Assembly (NCBI GenBank): GCA_000830275.1
Contig: CP010424.1
Coordinates: forward strand, 630,001-662,000
Source of the DNA: an archaeon GW2011_AR10
GTDB taxonomy: Archaea > Iainarchaeota > Iainarchaeia > Iainarchaeales > GW2011-AR10
Direction of reading: 5' to 3'
DNA: 32,000 nucleotides
Positions within the stretch are counted from its first letter, which is position 1, and the number at the start of each line of letters is the position of its first letter. Shown in pieces: positions 8,601 through 16,169 of the stretch. The position numbers and the translations under genes are program-made. The notes under the pieces were generated by a model. The model worked only from the letters and a program-made list of their open reading frames with translations. It did not search any database and had not been told where the DNA came from.

Positions 8601-10442
8601 CCAGTTGCCAGAGTCAACGAATTTATCCAGAATTACGCGGAAGTTCCTGTGCTCTGAGAACAAGTCAAGAACATCGCCTGTGTTCACCTGCTTTACTCCC
8701 TTGTCATACAGGCCCATATTGACATGCCTGACAATCCATTCAGGAAGGTCGGCTCCCATTTGGTCATCCGCAGTTGTGAGGAACTTTGCAAAAGAACGGC
8801 CATAATCAACAAGGGCTTTTTTCCCTTCAGGGTGCGTTAATGGGTCAATTCCTTGGTCCCTTAGTTTGTTAAAAATATTTGAGTATACTTTCTCTGACTG
8901 TTCCACTTCGTGGAGGCCGCCCCTCCATATTGTCCTCAGGTCTTTCATGACGCGGACAAACTCTGCTTTCTTTTCAAGAGTGTCAATTGATTCAAGGAAT
9001 CCGCCTTTCGCCTGCTGTTTTCCCCACCAGTCAAAGAACTCCTGGGTTTTAATAATTGGGTAGCCTGTGCCATCAGAGCTGCCGATTGTCATGCTCTGCC
9101 AGAAGTCACGCCAGCCGTACTTGTCAATTTTTGACTGCATCCTTGAAACCTTAAGGTCTCCAAGGAAAGAGCCAGGAGTTTCAAATGTTGCCCTGAACCT
9201 GTCAGCGTAATCTGTGAGTTTTCCTTTCAGGCCAGGCAAGAGGCCTCTTCTCGCATTCCAGCCGAACATTTTTTTTGCTGCATAGCCAAGGCTCGGCCCG
9301 AAATTTGTTACAACCATTTCAGCGCTCAGCCACTGGTTAAAGTATTTGTCAAACATCGAGTAAGTTGTTATAATGCAGTCGTTGCTGATGCAGTTGGTGC
9401 CGAATTCTGCGTCAAACTCCTGTGCAAGAATCGAGTTGGGAAGCAACTCTGTTTCCAGTCGAGTTGCGGTTTTAATGTGGTTGGGAAAAGAACATATGCT
9501 GTTATCCCACACCATTCCAGCTGAAGTGCATGAAGCTTCATCTCTTGGGGTTTCAATGCACTCTCCTGTTACCTTGCTGTAAAAGTTTTTTGCTCCATCA
9601 GTGCACTGCTCCTGGGAAACTTCTTTCCAGAGCTCTTCCTGTCCTTCCTCAGTGAAAACCGCTGCTGCCAGAACTTCCTGCTCTTCTGATGTGAACTCTG
9701 GCTTTTCTGTTGAGTTTTCATCAGTGAACCAGCTCTTTATTTTGTCGTATCCGCTGCCGAAAGCTTCCTTGATTGGTTTAAAATCTGCAGCAATTCCTGA
9801 ACCGGAATTTCTGTAAGTGAGGTTTTTTCCTGTAAGCCAGCAGTTCTGGTCGTAGTCCTTGCATCTCCCTGTACGCAGAGAATCATCAAGCACAAGACCG
9901 AAAGCGAAAGGCCCCTTTATGTGCCTGTTCAAGTAATTGCTTATCTCCCAAGGATTAAATTTTTTGTTTGGCAAGTCGGCTTTTGCCGTGACGTTTTCGT
10001 CCTGCTGCGATTTCAGAATGATGTTGTTTTCTTTCAGCTCATCCCTGTCATCAATCTCGTTTTCTGTTTGCTGTGGAAGAGCATCACCGCTTATCTCTTC
10101 TCCAACAAAGCCGTCTTTCAGGAGGTTTAGTATGTTGTTGCTTTCAGTTGGTGTAAGAGAACGGGACTCGCAGACATAACCCCTGTTTGGGAAAGGCGAA
10201 GGTATCGGCACTATAGGAGAAGTTGCAGGAGGAACTGCAGGTATTATTGGAGGGGGTTGTGGCACAGCATCAGGCGTCGGATCAAGCACTGTTGCATCTG
10301 CACCCTGAAATGCGGCAGAATTTTCGTTTTCAGTTGGATTTAAAGGTTCTGGTGCCTGTTCAGCGTAATAGTCCTGCGCGTTGGCAGGATAAGTGCTAAG
10401 CAGAATTATTGCAATCAAGAAAAGGCTTGGAAGTTTCCTCAC
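5613..10442 (-). CDS. Giant (1609 aa) secreted surface protein with a Pro-rich linker and a C-terminal PEP-CTERM-like sorting signal; candidate S-layer protein or adhesin
   Basis: Uninterrupted 4.8-kb ORF with a GTG start. Signal peptide RKLPSLFLIAIILLSTYPANA/QDYY. Pro-rich stretch PTPDAVPQPPPIIPAVPPATSPIVPIPSPFP. The C-terminus is tripartite: ..LPENP, a hydrophobic helix VVLALFIVSLIAVFVYI, and a basic cluster RREKN. I recognise no domain in the body. Confidence 0.9.
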   Translation of the reverse strand: MRKLPSLFLIAIILLSTYPANAQDYYAEQAPEPLNPTENENSAAFQGADATVLDPTPDAVPQPPPIIPAVPPATSPIVPIPSPFPNRGYVCESRSLTPTESNNILNLLKDGFVGEEISGDALPQQTENEIDDRDELKENNIILKSQQDENVTAKADLPNKKFNPWEISNYLNRHIKGPFAFGLVLDDSLRTGRCKDYDQNCWLTGKNLTYRNSGSGIAADFKPIKEAFGSGYDKIKSWFTDENSTEKPEFTSEEQEVLAAAVFTEEGQEELWKEVSQEQCTDGAKNFYSKVTGECIETPRDEASCTSAGMVWDNSICSFPNHIKTATRLETELLPNSILAQEFDAEFGTNCISNDCIITTYSMFDKYFNQWLSAEMVVTNFGPSLGYAAKKMFGWNARRGLLPGLKGKLTDYADRFRATFETPGSFLGDLKVSRMQSKIDKYGWRDFWQSMTIGSSDGTGYPIIKTQEFFDWWGKQQAKGGFLESIDTLEKKAEFVRVMKDLRTIWRGGLHEVEQSEKVYSNIFNKLRDQGIDPLTHPEGKKALVDYGRSFAKFLTTADDQMGADLPEWIVRHVNMGLYDKGVKQVNTGDVLDLFSEHRNFRVILDKFVDSGNWRNFTAEINKYRSAYETDEFGNLILYGFDPATTTEFRALSYSNLERAAKGYANTWVKTDMGEYIHYTDASIPLIQNRIGGNPTIVQGNWGPSKVLTPEELSSALTNARVGSNVLRSKVNTDLMLNTLRERNWVSRRYWSWLDKLAAEEDEIIRSYFSFKGGAKWTVYPFGYWWSKKGAGFEDLSLYQLPDTWSEVDFLLQDKPLYFEAYIDFFANEGSDQGDLFVQVANKLPWKLVLDEVSDKFNPVADFYNKLSGRELRNETESLAFYLTGPNECVDCFVTLNSANLEDFNPFFVVGRPFDAYILEDTRSEDALQKGQTLIAFAHHMDLKGSTGDIEGERIDLHDAWSNEQEEFEARDRGQEFVQPEGEPKTCKQAVFSLPGYATAKKIAPFLPEEGGIGGVLGGIETLAYATFFWPGAFSTVAIQTLYAPKLQDCVDVEEGYFVHYLVPPMEERDDEGNVELSTEKVSNFIGNLNEQITGAFSGSSEDSLVKEQVEGIGNDIKKFVNDSEEKNIVQARLSIQGQSSGQLKGRKLFYFWCGPGCEMSSGEYKTEGKETVKDKTTGKGLDFDFENGKILFDGKPIVENEDAARLAGDDLELSIPAKKVPRTLTTVCLPPTADVAIQVNARGEAFITHPEARACLQDGVMQQTGLPLVGGNNLTSTFGLVNSVITTTHPNIRPLGDRIVAEGVPRKIAVGNISTINVLANNDVALSSSNDGIPEVGSLKSIQFKNGMIVARPDGCYLIWLRHHEQGILEQNDVRGLDTDLTSSTNPENQCEEPALDFQVEGDPNSPANQAKVAAFNTSLKKFGPFQVFETPTKRYVLSSERDETGACKDHLRVIDKETGEIQDFAGTARATPNGLEFIDENGKKHTLDFAAENGVPTVSFDGQKPEVLTSAQGRNGAFYYDPEKGLWYAENAQLLPLIEAFREGISARVGPNNEVTSTASGNVLNLQVGETDKSLLNLPSLPENPVVLALFIVSLIAVFVYIRREKN

Positions 10443-10484
10443 GCTATCGCCTTAGTTTTTCCTTTAGGATAATGTGTTTTCCAT

Positions 10485-10588
10485 TATAGCAAACAGCTTT
10501 GATTTTTGAACATTTAATTTGCTGTTTGCTAGTTGCAAAACGCAGTTTTTGTTCATATTCAAATACATAAGCATTTTGCTATATATAT
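10485..10588 (-). promoter_or_regulatory. Conserved upstream module, copy A, containing the 11-bp inverted repeat TAGCAAACAGC(10487-10497)/GCTGTTTGCTA(10521-10531)
   Basis: The reverse complement aligns by eye with 29706-29831 at roughly 85% identity over the aligned blocks. The inverted-repeat arms are identical and the loop core ATTTTTGAAC is shared. A TATA-like tract (tatatatatagc) sits at the distal end. Confidence 0.7.
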
Positions 10589-10623
10589 AACTTATTATTA
10601 TTCGAAATTAGGCAAGGCTTTGC

Positions 10624-11166
10624 TTAAATTTCCGGCCAATAGTAAATGAATGCCAGAGTGCCGCTGATTATCCATTGAGCGAAAAAGAGCACGAATATGG
10701 AGGCAAGCAGTGTTACAATGAAAACCGTTAAGTAGAGCTTCAGTGCCCAGTGGAACTTGAACGACTTCTTGATTTTTTCGTGCAAGAACAGGCCTATGAA
10801 CTCAAGCGGCAAAACAATGAAGGAAAGCACTAATGCAACAACAAGCAGCCTTACAAGCTGAATTAGCGCAATTAAGAGCAGCTCCAGAACAGGAGTCTGG
10901 AATTCAACTGGAGTTTCACCAAATGGATCGCTTTGAAGCAAGGGCAAAGCAGGCTGAAGATACAAAACTAATATTAATGAGAATATTAGTAAATATGTGG
11001 TTATGAATCCTGACTTGAACCAACTCCACTTGTACTTTCCGGCAATGGCCCTGCGCACTTTTGAAGCAAAAAAAACGAAAATGAAAACAGGAACGGAGCT
11101 TATGAAGGAGCCTTTCAGCAAATCAATCAGGGAAAAAACGGTAACCGAAACAAGGTCCTGCACCAT
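10624..11166 (-). CDS. Hypothetical polytopic membrane protein (180 aa)
   Basis: ORF with 4-5 hydrophobic helices and no recognisable motif. Confidence 0.65.
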   Translation of the reverse strand: MVQDLVSVTVFSLIDLLKGSFISSVPVFIFVFFASKVRRAIAGKYKWSWFKSGFITTYLLIFSLILVLYLQPALPLLQSDPFGETPVEFQTPVLELLLIALIQLVRLLVVALVLSFIVLPLEFIGLFLHEKIKKSFKFHWALKLYLTVFIVTLLASIFVLFFAQWIISGTLAFIYYWPEI

Positions 11167-11188
11167 GGAAAAAATATCGATAAACTAG

Positions 11189-11196
11189 TATAAAAA
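11189..11196. promoter_or_regulatory. AT-rich TATA-like element (TATAAAAA / TTTTTATA) shared by divergent genes
   Basis: It lies 26 nt upstream of ATG 11215 on the + strand and 30 nt upstream of ATG 11166 on the - strand. Confidence 0.35.
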
Positions 11197-11199
11197 GCT

Positions 11200-12462
11200 A
11201 TGGAAGATGTCTTGATGGGGTTTATTGATTTGCTGCTTGATGGCTTCATTGCATTTTATCTTGTTCTTGGCTCAACTAGCCTTGGCTACATGTTCTTGCG
11301 TTTGGGGTGGCCGAGGATAAGGATTCTTGACAAGCAGTACCGCGCGGGGTGGAGCTTGATTCTTGGAGTGATTTTTACTTCCATTATTGTGGTGAGCTCG
11401 CTTATTTTCAGCATTACTCCTTTCCTTTCATTCAATTTCAAGGAGTTTTTGTTCCTTAACCTGAGCGTTACTTTTTTCATTGCAGTTGTAGTTCTTACAA
11501 TTAAGAGAAAAATCCTTGTGCCGCGAAAGGCAACTGTGACTGTGCCAAGCGAACTGCTTAGAGCAAAAGTTGCGGCTGCAAAGGCAATGACGCATATTGA
11601 GTTAAGCGAAAGCCTTAAGGAAGGCGTAATCAGCGTTAAGCCATTGGAAGAGCAAAAGATTGCCGCGCTGAGAAAAAAACTTGAGGAAGGAAAAGAACTG
11701 GGTGCCATGAAAGCATCTGTTCAGGTTGAGTCAAGGCTTCCTCCGCTTGAAAAAATGTCAGAACAAAAGCATGAACAAAAAGAGGAAAAAATAGAAAGAG
11801 GGGAAGCAACGCACCCACTGGTGGCAAAACTTTTCGGAAAAAAACAGCTGGAAAAAACAGAAGAGAAGCTAATGGCCGAAACTGGAAGGGCAAAGCCTTC
11901 CATTGAAGAGAAAATAGGGCAGGCAAAACAGAGGGAAGGAGAAGCAAAAGAGAAAAGGCTTGCTGAACTCCAAAACCTGCTAGAGCAGCAGAGAGATAAA
12001 GCAAGGGAAGAGGAGGGAAAGCCATCCAAGCCTTCTTGGAGTTTCACCAGCAGACCGAAGCAGGGCGGGTTTGAAGCAAGGAAAACAGAAGCAGGAAAGA
12101 AAGCATTAGGAGAACAGTTGAAAAAAACAGAAGCACTAAAGAAACCCGCAGCACAGAAACCGTTAAAGGAAACAATACAGTTCACTCCCCTGCCTCCAGA
12201 GGAAAGAAAGATAGAGGCTGTGAGAGCTCCTCCAAAACTGCAGCAAGAGCAGGTGCCTTCTGTGCCAAAAACTGCAATACCTGAAAAGCAGGGAAAAAAA
12301 GTTGAAGGGAAGCTGAGAGAACTGGACAAAACCGGGAAAAAACAAATTCAGCAGCGGCCTGAAGACAGCGGAGAAGATGTTCTGGACAGGTTCCTGAGAG
12401 AAAAAGGGGCCCAACTAAGAGTGCTAAAAAAGAAAAAAACAAAAGGCGAAGAAAGTGGGTGA
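11200..12462 (+). CDS. Membrane-anchored K/E-rich low-complexity (coiled-coil-like) protein
   Basis: The N-terminal ~100 aa contain 3 hydrophobic helices. A ~300-aa Lys/Glu-rich region follows. The alternative start ATG 11215 (MGFIDLL..) fits the TATA spacing better. Confidence 0.7.
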   Translation: MEDVLMGFIDLLLDGFIAFYLVLGSTSLGYMFLRLGWPRIRILDKQYRAGWSLILGVIFTSIIVVSSLIFSITPFLSFNFKEFLFLNLSVTFFIAVVVLTIKRKILVPRKATVTVPSELLRAKVAAAKAMTHIELSESLKEGVISVKPLEEQKIAALRKKLEEGKELGAMKASVQVESRLPPLEKMSEQKHEQKEEKIERGEATHPLVAKLFGKKQLEKTEEKLMAETGRAKPSIEEKIGQAKQREGEAKEKRLAELQNLLEQQRDKAREEEGKPSKPSWSFTSRPKQGGFEARKTEAGKKALGEQLKKTEALKKPAAQKPLKETIQFTPLPPEERKIEAVRAPPKLQQEQVPSVPKTAIPEKQGKKVEGKLRELDKTGKKQIQQRPEDSGEDVLDRFLREKGAQLRVLKKKKTKGEESG

Positions 12463-13363
12463 GGGAAACCTGCCGAGAAGGCTTCGGCATAGAAAGCAGG
12501 CAGCTGATGCCAAGGCAGTTGAGAAGAAGTCCAGCGGCTTCTGGGATAATCTTTTTGGGAAAAAAAAAGCAGAAGAAAAAAAAAGCGAAGCAGTAGAACC
12601 AGAGCCTGACAGGCTGAGAAAAAAGCTGAAAGAAGAGAGCGATTACTTGGCTTCAGCAGAGGTCGGCAAATTCAAAGAAAAACATAACAGGATTCCTACA
12701 AGAAAAGAACTGGATGAAATTTCTGAAACAATTTACAGCCAGCTTAAGAAAGAGACAAGAAAAGAAAGGGAACGCGAGGAAAAGCCAAGCAGGAGAAGGG
12801 AAAAGCACGGGAAAGAAAGAACACTGCTGGAGAAACGAAGGGCTGAGAGGAAAAGGCACAGGAGAAGAGAAGAAGTTGGCCGCCGAGAAAAGCTGGAAGA
12901 AGACGAAACAGAAGAAGAAAATGAGGAAGAAGCACTCCAGCTTGGAAGAGCTGAACCAGAAATCGGGAAAGGGGAAGAACCACTTATTTCAGAGGAAGAG
13001 GAAAAAGAAATAAGCGTGAAGGACTTGCTGAAAGAAGAAGCAGGCGGAAAAGAAGAGGAAAGAGAAGAAACTACTGATGAAGATTATGACAAGCTTTCAC
13101 TTGAAGAGCTGACGGAAACGGAAGAGTTTGGCAAAATAGGCAGCGAGCTTGAACGCAGCGGAACTGAATCAATCACAAAAGAGATTGAAACAGAGAAGAA
13201 GTGCCCTCACTGCGGCACAAAATCATCCGATATTGTTTTCTGCTCTGGCTGCGGAGCAGGATTCTGTTCCCACTGCGCGAAAAAGGTTGAAGTGCAGGAA
13301 GAGCACATAAAGTATGTCTGCCCTTCATGCGGCAGCGAGTTCAGGGTAAAAAGGCACAAGTGA
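12455..13363 (+). CDS. K/E/R-rich protein with a C-terminal four-CxxC zinc-ribbon module
   Basis: GTG start overlapping the upstream stop by 8 nt. C-terminus: CPHCGTKSSDIVFCSGCGAGFCSHCAKKVEVQEEHIKYVCPSCGSEF. Confidence 0.7.
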   Translation: MGEGNLPRRLRHRKQAADAKAVEKKSSGFWDNLFGKKKAEEKKSEAVEPEPDRLRKKLKEESDYLASAEVGKFKEKHNRIPTRKELDEISETIYSQLKKETRKEREREEKPSRRREKHGKERTLLEKRRAERKRHRRREEVGRREKLEEDETEEENEEEALQLGRAEPEIGKGEEPLISEEEEKEISVKDLLKEEAGGKEEEREETTDEDYDKLSLEELTETEEFGKIGSELERSGTESITKEIETEKKCPHCGTKSSDIVFCSGCGAGFCSHCAKKVEVQEEHIKYVCPSCGSEFRVKRHK

Positions 13364-13369
13364 AAAATT

Positions 13370-14155
13370 TTACCTGCACGCTGAAGAATCAAAGTGCTCA
13401 ATGCCTGCTTCAATGCAGCACCACTCAGAACTCTTAAAGTAGGGAACAGAACCTACTTCTGTCGCATCCCACAAAACCAAATCTGCCTGCGTTTCAAATG
13501 GCCTGAAAGTTATCTCGTCCTCTGCAACCATTGTTATTTTGGCTGAAGCCTGCGCTGTGTCGCCAACCCGGATAATAAGGTCTTTCAGGCTGTTGTTGAT
13601 TGTGCCAAAGTCAGCATTTTCCCCAATGCTGCACAGCAAATCAGTTCTTGGAGGGTCATCAGCAACAAAGTTTGGAAACCTCCCTGTTCCAATGTTCTCA
13701 AAGTTTGTTTTGTGGAAAAAAATGAAGATGAATTTCTGCCTCACATCCTCTTGGTCTCTTGGAACAGAAAGATAGAAAATGTAATCAAAGTTGTCTCCAA
13801 GAGGAGCCATTATTGAATTGATGTCCTGCGCTAAAATCAGCATTGTTTTCTCTGTGAGGTAGCGCTTGTCGGCATAATCTTCCTTCACATAAGCAAGCAG
13901 CTGGTCAATTTCAACTTCACTACTTAAGCCGTAAATTGAGCTGTCTGGGTTTCTTGGAGTGCTGCTGTAAAGAATTGTTTTAAGGGCATCCGTTGCAAAA
14001 TCAGAATTGTAGTTCTGCACTATCTGCGCTGAAACAGTGTTGCCGTATCCATTGGAGAAAGAGAAAAGGAAAACGCTGATTGAGGTAACTATCAGGAGAA
14101 AGTAAAGAGCATCTGTTACTGCTGCTTGGCCTCTGTTTTCCTTTAAGGCATCCAT
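13370..14155 (-). CDS. Pilin-like protein with an archaeal class III signal peptide (last gene of the pilus operon)
   Basis: N-terminus MDALKENRG/QAAVTDALYFLLIVTSISVFLF, that is [K/R]-G-Q followed by a hydrophobic helix. Overlaps the upstream gene by 13 nt. Confidence 0.75.
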   Translation of the reverse strand: MDALKENRGQAAVTDALYFLLIVTSISVFLFSFSNGYGNTVSAQIVQNYNSDFATDALKTILYSSTPRNPDSSIYGLSSEVEIDQLLAYVKEDYADKRYLTEKTMLILAQDINSIMAPLGDNFDYIFYLSVPRDQEDVRQKFIFIFFHKTNFENIGTGRFPNFVADDPPRTDLLCSIGENADFGTINNSLKDLIIRVGDTAQASAKITMVAEDEITFRPFETQADLVLWDATEVGSVPYFKSSEWCCIEAGIEHFDSSACR

Positions 14156-14682
14156 GTAACCACCACCAAGTGCATTGGCTTAATAACCCTGTTGTCTTCA
14201 ACTGCAATCGGGTAAATCCTTGCAACAATTTCTTTGTCGGCAAAAAAACGGTAAGCAAAGCTAGGGGAAGAAGAAATGTCGCTGTTAATTGCAGGGTCAA
14301 TGTTGTGGCATGAGAACTCGTTGCCTGCTTCATCCAAGAAAAAGCCCACGTTGTATAGCCTTGCATCCTGGGCATTGTATTGCAGGCTGTATTGGTCTGT
14401 GGCAGTATAATAGTTTGTTATTCCCGCGCGGAATTTAAGGTTTGGAATGCTGAGTGTACTGCACAGCGCTTTGAAGTTCTCGTAGCCACTTATATAGCTT
14501 GTGCCTTTAAGGACTTTGGCAATTTTTATCACTTTGATGTCAGAATCGAACTTGGAGTTTTTATTGTCAAAGACACCGAAAGCGAAAGTAAAGGTTGAAA
14601 AAAACATTATCAGCGCGAAGAGCAGTGGAATCAGGGAAGGCAGGTCATCTCCAATCGGCCCCAAAAAACCTTTATTCAGCAA
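14143..14682 (-). CDS. Pilus-operon accessory protein with an N-terminal hydrophobic anchor (weak pilin-like signal)
   Basis: TTG start overlapping the upstream stop (TTGCTGA). N-terminus LNKG/FLGPIGDDLPSLIPLLFALIMFFSTFTFAF. Confidence 0.65.
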   Translation of the reverse strand: MLNKGFLGPIGDDLPSLIPLLFALIMFFSTFTFAFGVFDNKNSKFDSDIKVIKIAKVLKGTSYISGYENFKALCSTLSIPNLKFRAGITNYYTATDQYSLQYNAQDARLYNVGFFLDEAGNEFSCHNIDPAINSDISSSPSFAYRFFADKEIVARIYPIAVEDNRVIKPMHLVVVTWMP

Positions 14683-15344
14683 GTGAAACCAACCCCTGGG
14701 TAAACGCTTTCACCCACGCTTGATTTTATGGCATTGCATGTCGGGCCAACGCTGCATGGAAAAATGTAGAGGGAGCTTTGCCCCCTCTTGATTTCCTTAA
14801 CTAACTGAATTGAATCCATTGGAACTCTGGCCTGAGGGTCAATGTAAACAGATTCCCCTGTGTCAGTGGCCAGTTCGCGGAGTGTTCCAATTCCCCCGTA
14901 CTCGTCACCCAAATAGTCTTGGCTGAAAAGGGTTACTTCTGCTTTTGTTTCAAAGGATTTTGCTGCAATTGCTTTTGGAATGTAGGAAGGGTCATTAATT
15001 GATTTCACGAGGTCGCGCCTCGGGAAAACCGAGAAAATAACTTTCGAGATTGTTTCAGGGCCTGAGGGAAGCTCTTTCTCAAACTGCGTTACACTTATTT
15101 TCATCACATAGTAGAATTCTTGGCCGCTTACATCAAGGGAGCGCGGGAATGTATGTGAATCAGAAAAACAGTAAGCGGGGGAAGAAGCAACACTGCTTGC
15201 TTTGGTGAGAACCCTGTCAAGCAACAGCTGTGCTTCCTTCACCTTGACTATGTCGATTAAGCCGAAAGTGAAGAAGGCAACGATTGCAAAAATTGATACC
15301 ACAAGTATCAAGAGATTCATTTTGCTTAAAATGAAGCCAAGCAT
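14676..15344 (-). CDS. Pilus-operon accessory protein with an N-terminal TM anchor
   Basis: ATG 15344 (MLGFILSKMNLLILVVSIFAIVAFF) is preceded by GAGGG with a 6-nt spacer, and it lies 2 nt after the upstream TGA. The ORF track extends the ORF to TTG 15368. Confidence 0.65.
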   Translation of the reverse strand: MLGFILSKMNLLILVVSIFAIVAFFTFGLIDIVKVKEAQLLLDRVLTKASSVASSPAYCFSDSHTFPRSLDVSGQEFYYVMKISVTQFEKELPSGPETISKVIFSVFPRRDLVKSINDPSYIPKAIAAKSFETKAEVTLFSQDYLGDEYGGIGTLRELATDTGESVYIDPQARVPMDSIQLVKEIKRGQSSLYIFPCSVGPTCNAIKSSVGESVYPGVGFTC

Positions 15345-15346
15345 TG

Positions 15347-15892
15347 TCAAACCCTCTTGTAAACGCAAATCCTTGGCTGCGGGGAGAACAAGTGGAACTG
15401 CTTGATTAAAGTGTACTGGCCGGGCTCAATTGCTTCGTCTTTCTTCCATTCCTTTACTTTAAATTCTGTTGGCTGGTCGTCAAAGTCGTGGCAGACTGTT
15501 GCGGAAGGAAAATCCGTTGCAGAAGAAATGTTAAGACACTTTATTGAACTGAAGTCAGGCGAGGAAAACAAAAGCAGAGTGCATTCATAGCGCAACCCGC
15601 CACAATGAAAAGAGCAAGTGGCCCGGTCATCCCTGCTGACAATCCTCAGCGAGCTATCATTCTGGTTAAAGCAGGACGGCATATCGTATGCAACAGTTTT
15701 TTTGCCTTCGCCTTTTGCAACTGTTTCAAGCGCAGTCTTCAATTCCTCCATGTTCTGGTCAATTTTGCCTTCACACTGCGCTCTCAGCAAAGTGCTCATT
15801 GCATTGAGCCCTACAACTATCACAAAAGTCATTGTTATTACTGCAATCAGCAGCTCGAAAGGGGCTGCTTCCTGGCCTTTCTGGCTGAGCAT
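15347..15892 (-). CDS. Pilin-like protein with an archaeal class III signal peptide
   Basis: From ATG 15892: MLSQKG/QEAAPFELLIAVITMTFVIVVGL. A TATA-like element TTTATATA (complement of 15917-15924) lies about 28 nt upstream. The ORF-track start at 15943 adds a spurious-looking extension. The mature part is Cys-rich. Confidence 0.75.
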   Translation of the reverse strand: MLSQKGQEAAPFELLIAVITMTFVIVVGLNAMSTLLRAQCEGKIDQNMEELKTALETVAKGEGKKTVAYDMPSCFNQNDSSLRIVSRDDRATCSFHCGGLRYECTLLLFSSPDFSSIKCLNISSATDFPSATVCHDFDDQPTEFKVKEWKKDEAIEPGQYTLIKQFHLFSPQPRICVYKRV

Positions 15893-16001
15893 GGTAACAA
15901 GAATACTGTAAAGAGATATATAAAGATTCTCAGAATCAATCAACAGGTATTGAGGGCAAGCATTATGAGCTGTTTGTGTTACTGTAAAAAAACGCAGTGT
16001 T

Positions 16002-16169
16002 TTACTTATTGAAATACTTGGCCTGCTGCCTGCTCCAAACCTTATTCGGAGTTTTTTTCAGCCATTCAGCGTACATGTCGATAAATTCCATGCGCTGCTG
16101 CCTGTTTCTCCTCATTTCCTCTTTAAGCTCTTTCAAATCTTTTTTTGTAAGCTTTAGCCCTTTTCCCAT
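16002..16169 (-). CDS. Small basic protein (55 aa), not in the ORF track
   Basis: Manual translation: MGKGLKLTKKDLKELKEEMRRNRQQRMEFIDMYAEWLKKTPNKVWSRQQAKYFNK*. It fills the gap in the minus-strand operon. The overlapping + strand ORFs 15605..16012 and 15997..16200 have implausible composition. Confidence 0.5.
   Translation of the reverse strand: MGKGLKLTKKDLKELKEEMRRNRQQRMEFIDMYAEWLKKTPNKVWSRQQAKYFNK

Noticed and set aside
5662-10179. About twenty + strand ORFs of 60-162 aa, plus two further same-strand out-of-frame ORFs (5825..6046, 73 aa; 7163..7594, 143 aa), all lying inside the giant minus-strand gene
   Set aside because: All lie within one uninterrupted 4.8-kb ORF that has a coherent signal peptide and sorting tail. 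Their translations are Ser/Leu/Cys/Phe-rich and look like antisense or off-frame shadows.
11286-12490. Several minus-strand ORFs (83-202 aa) antisense to the K/E-rich genes
   Set aside because: These are low-complexity Ser/Phe/Leu-rich mirror images of AAG/GAA-rich coding sequence.
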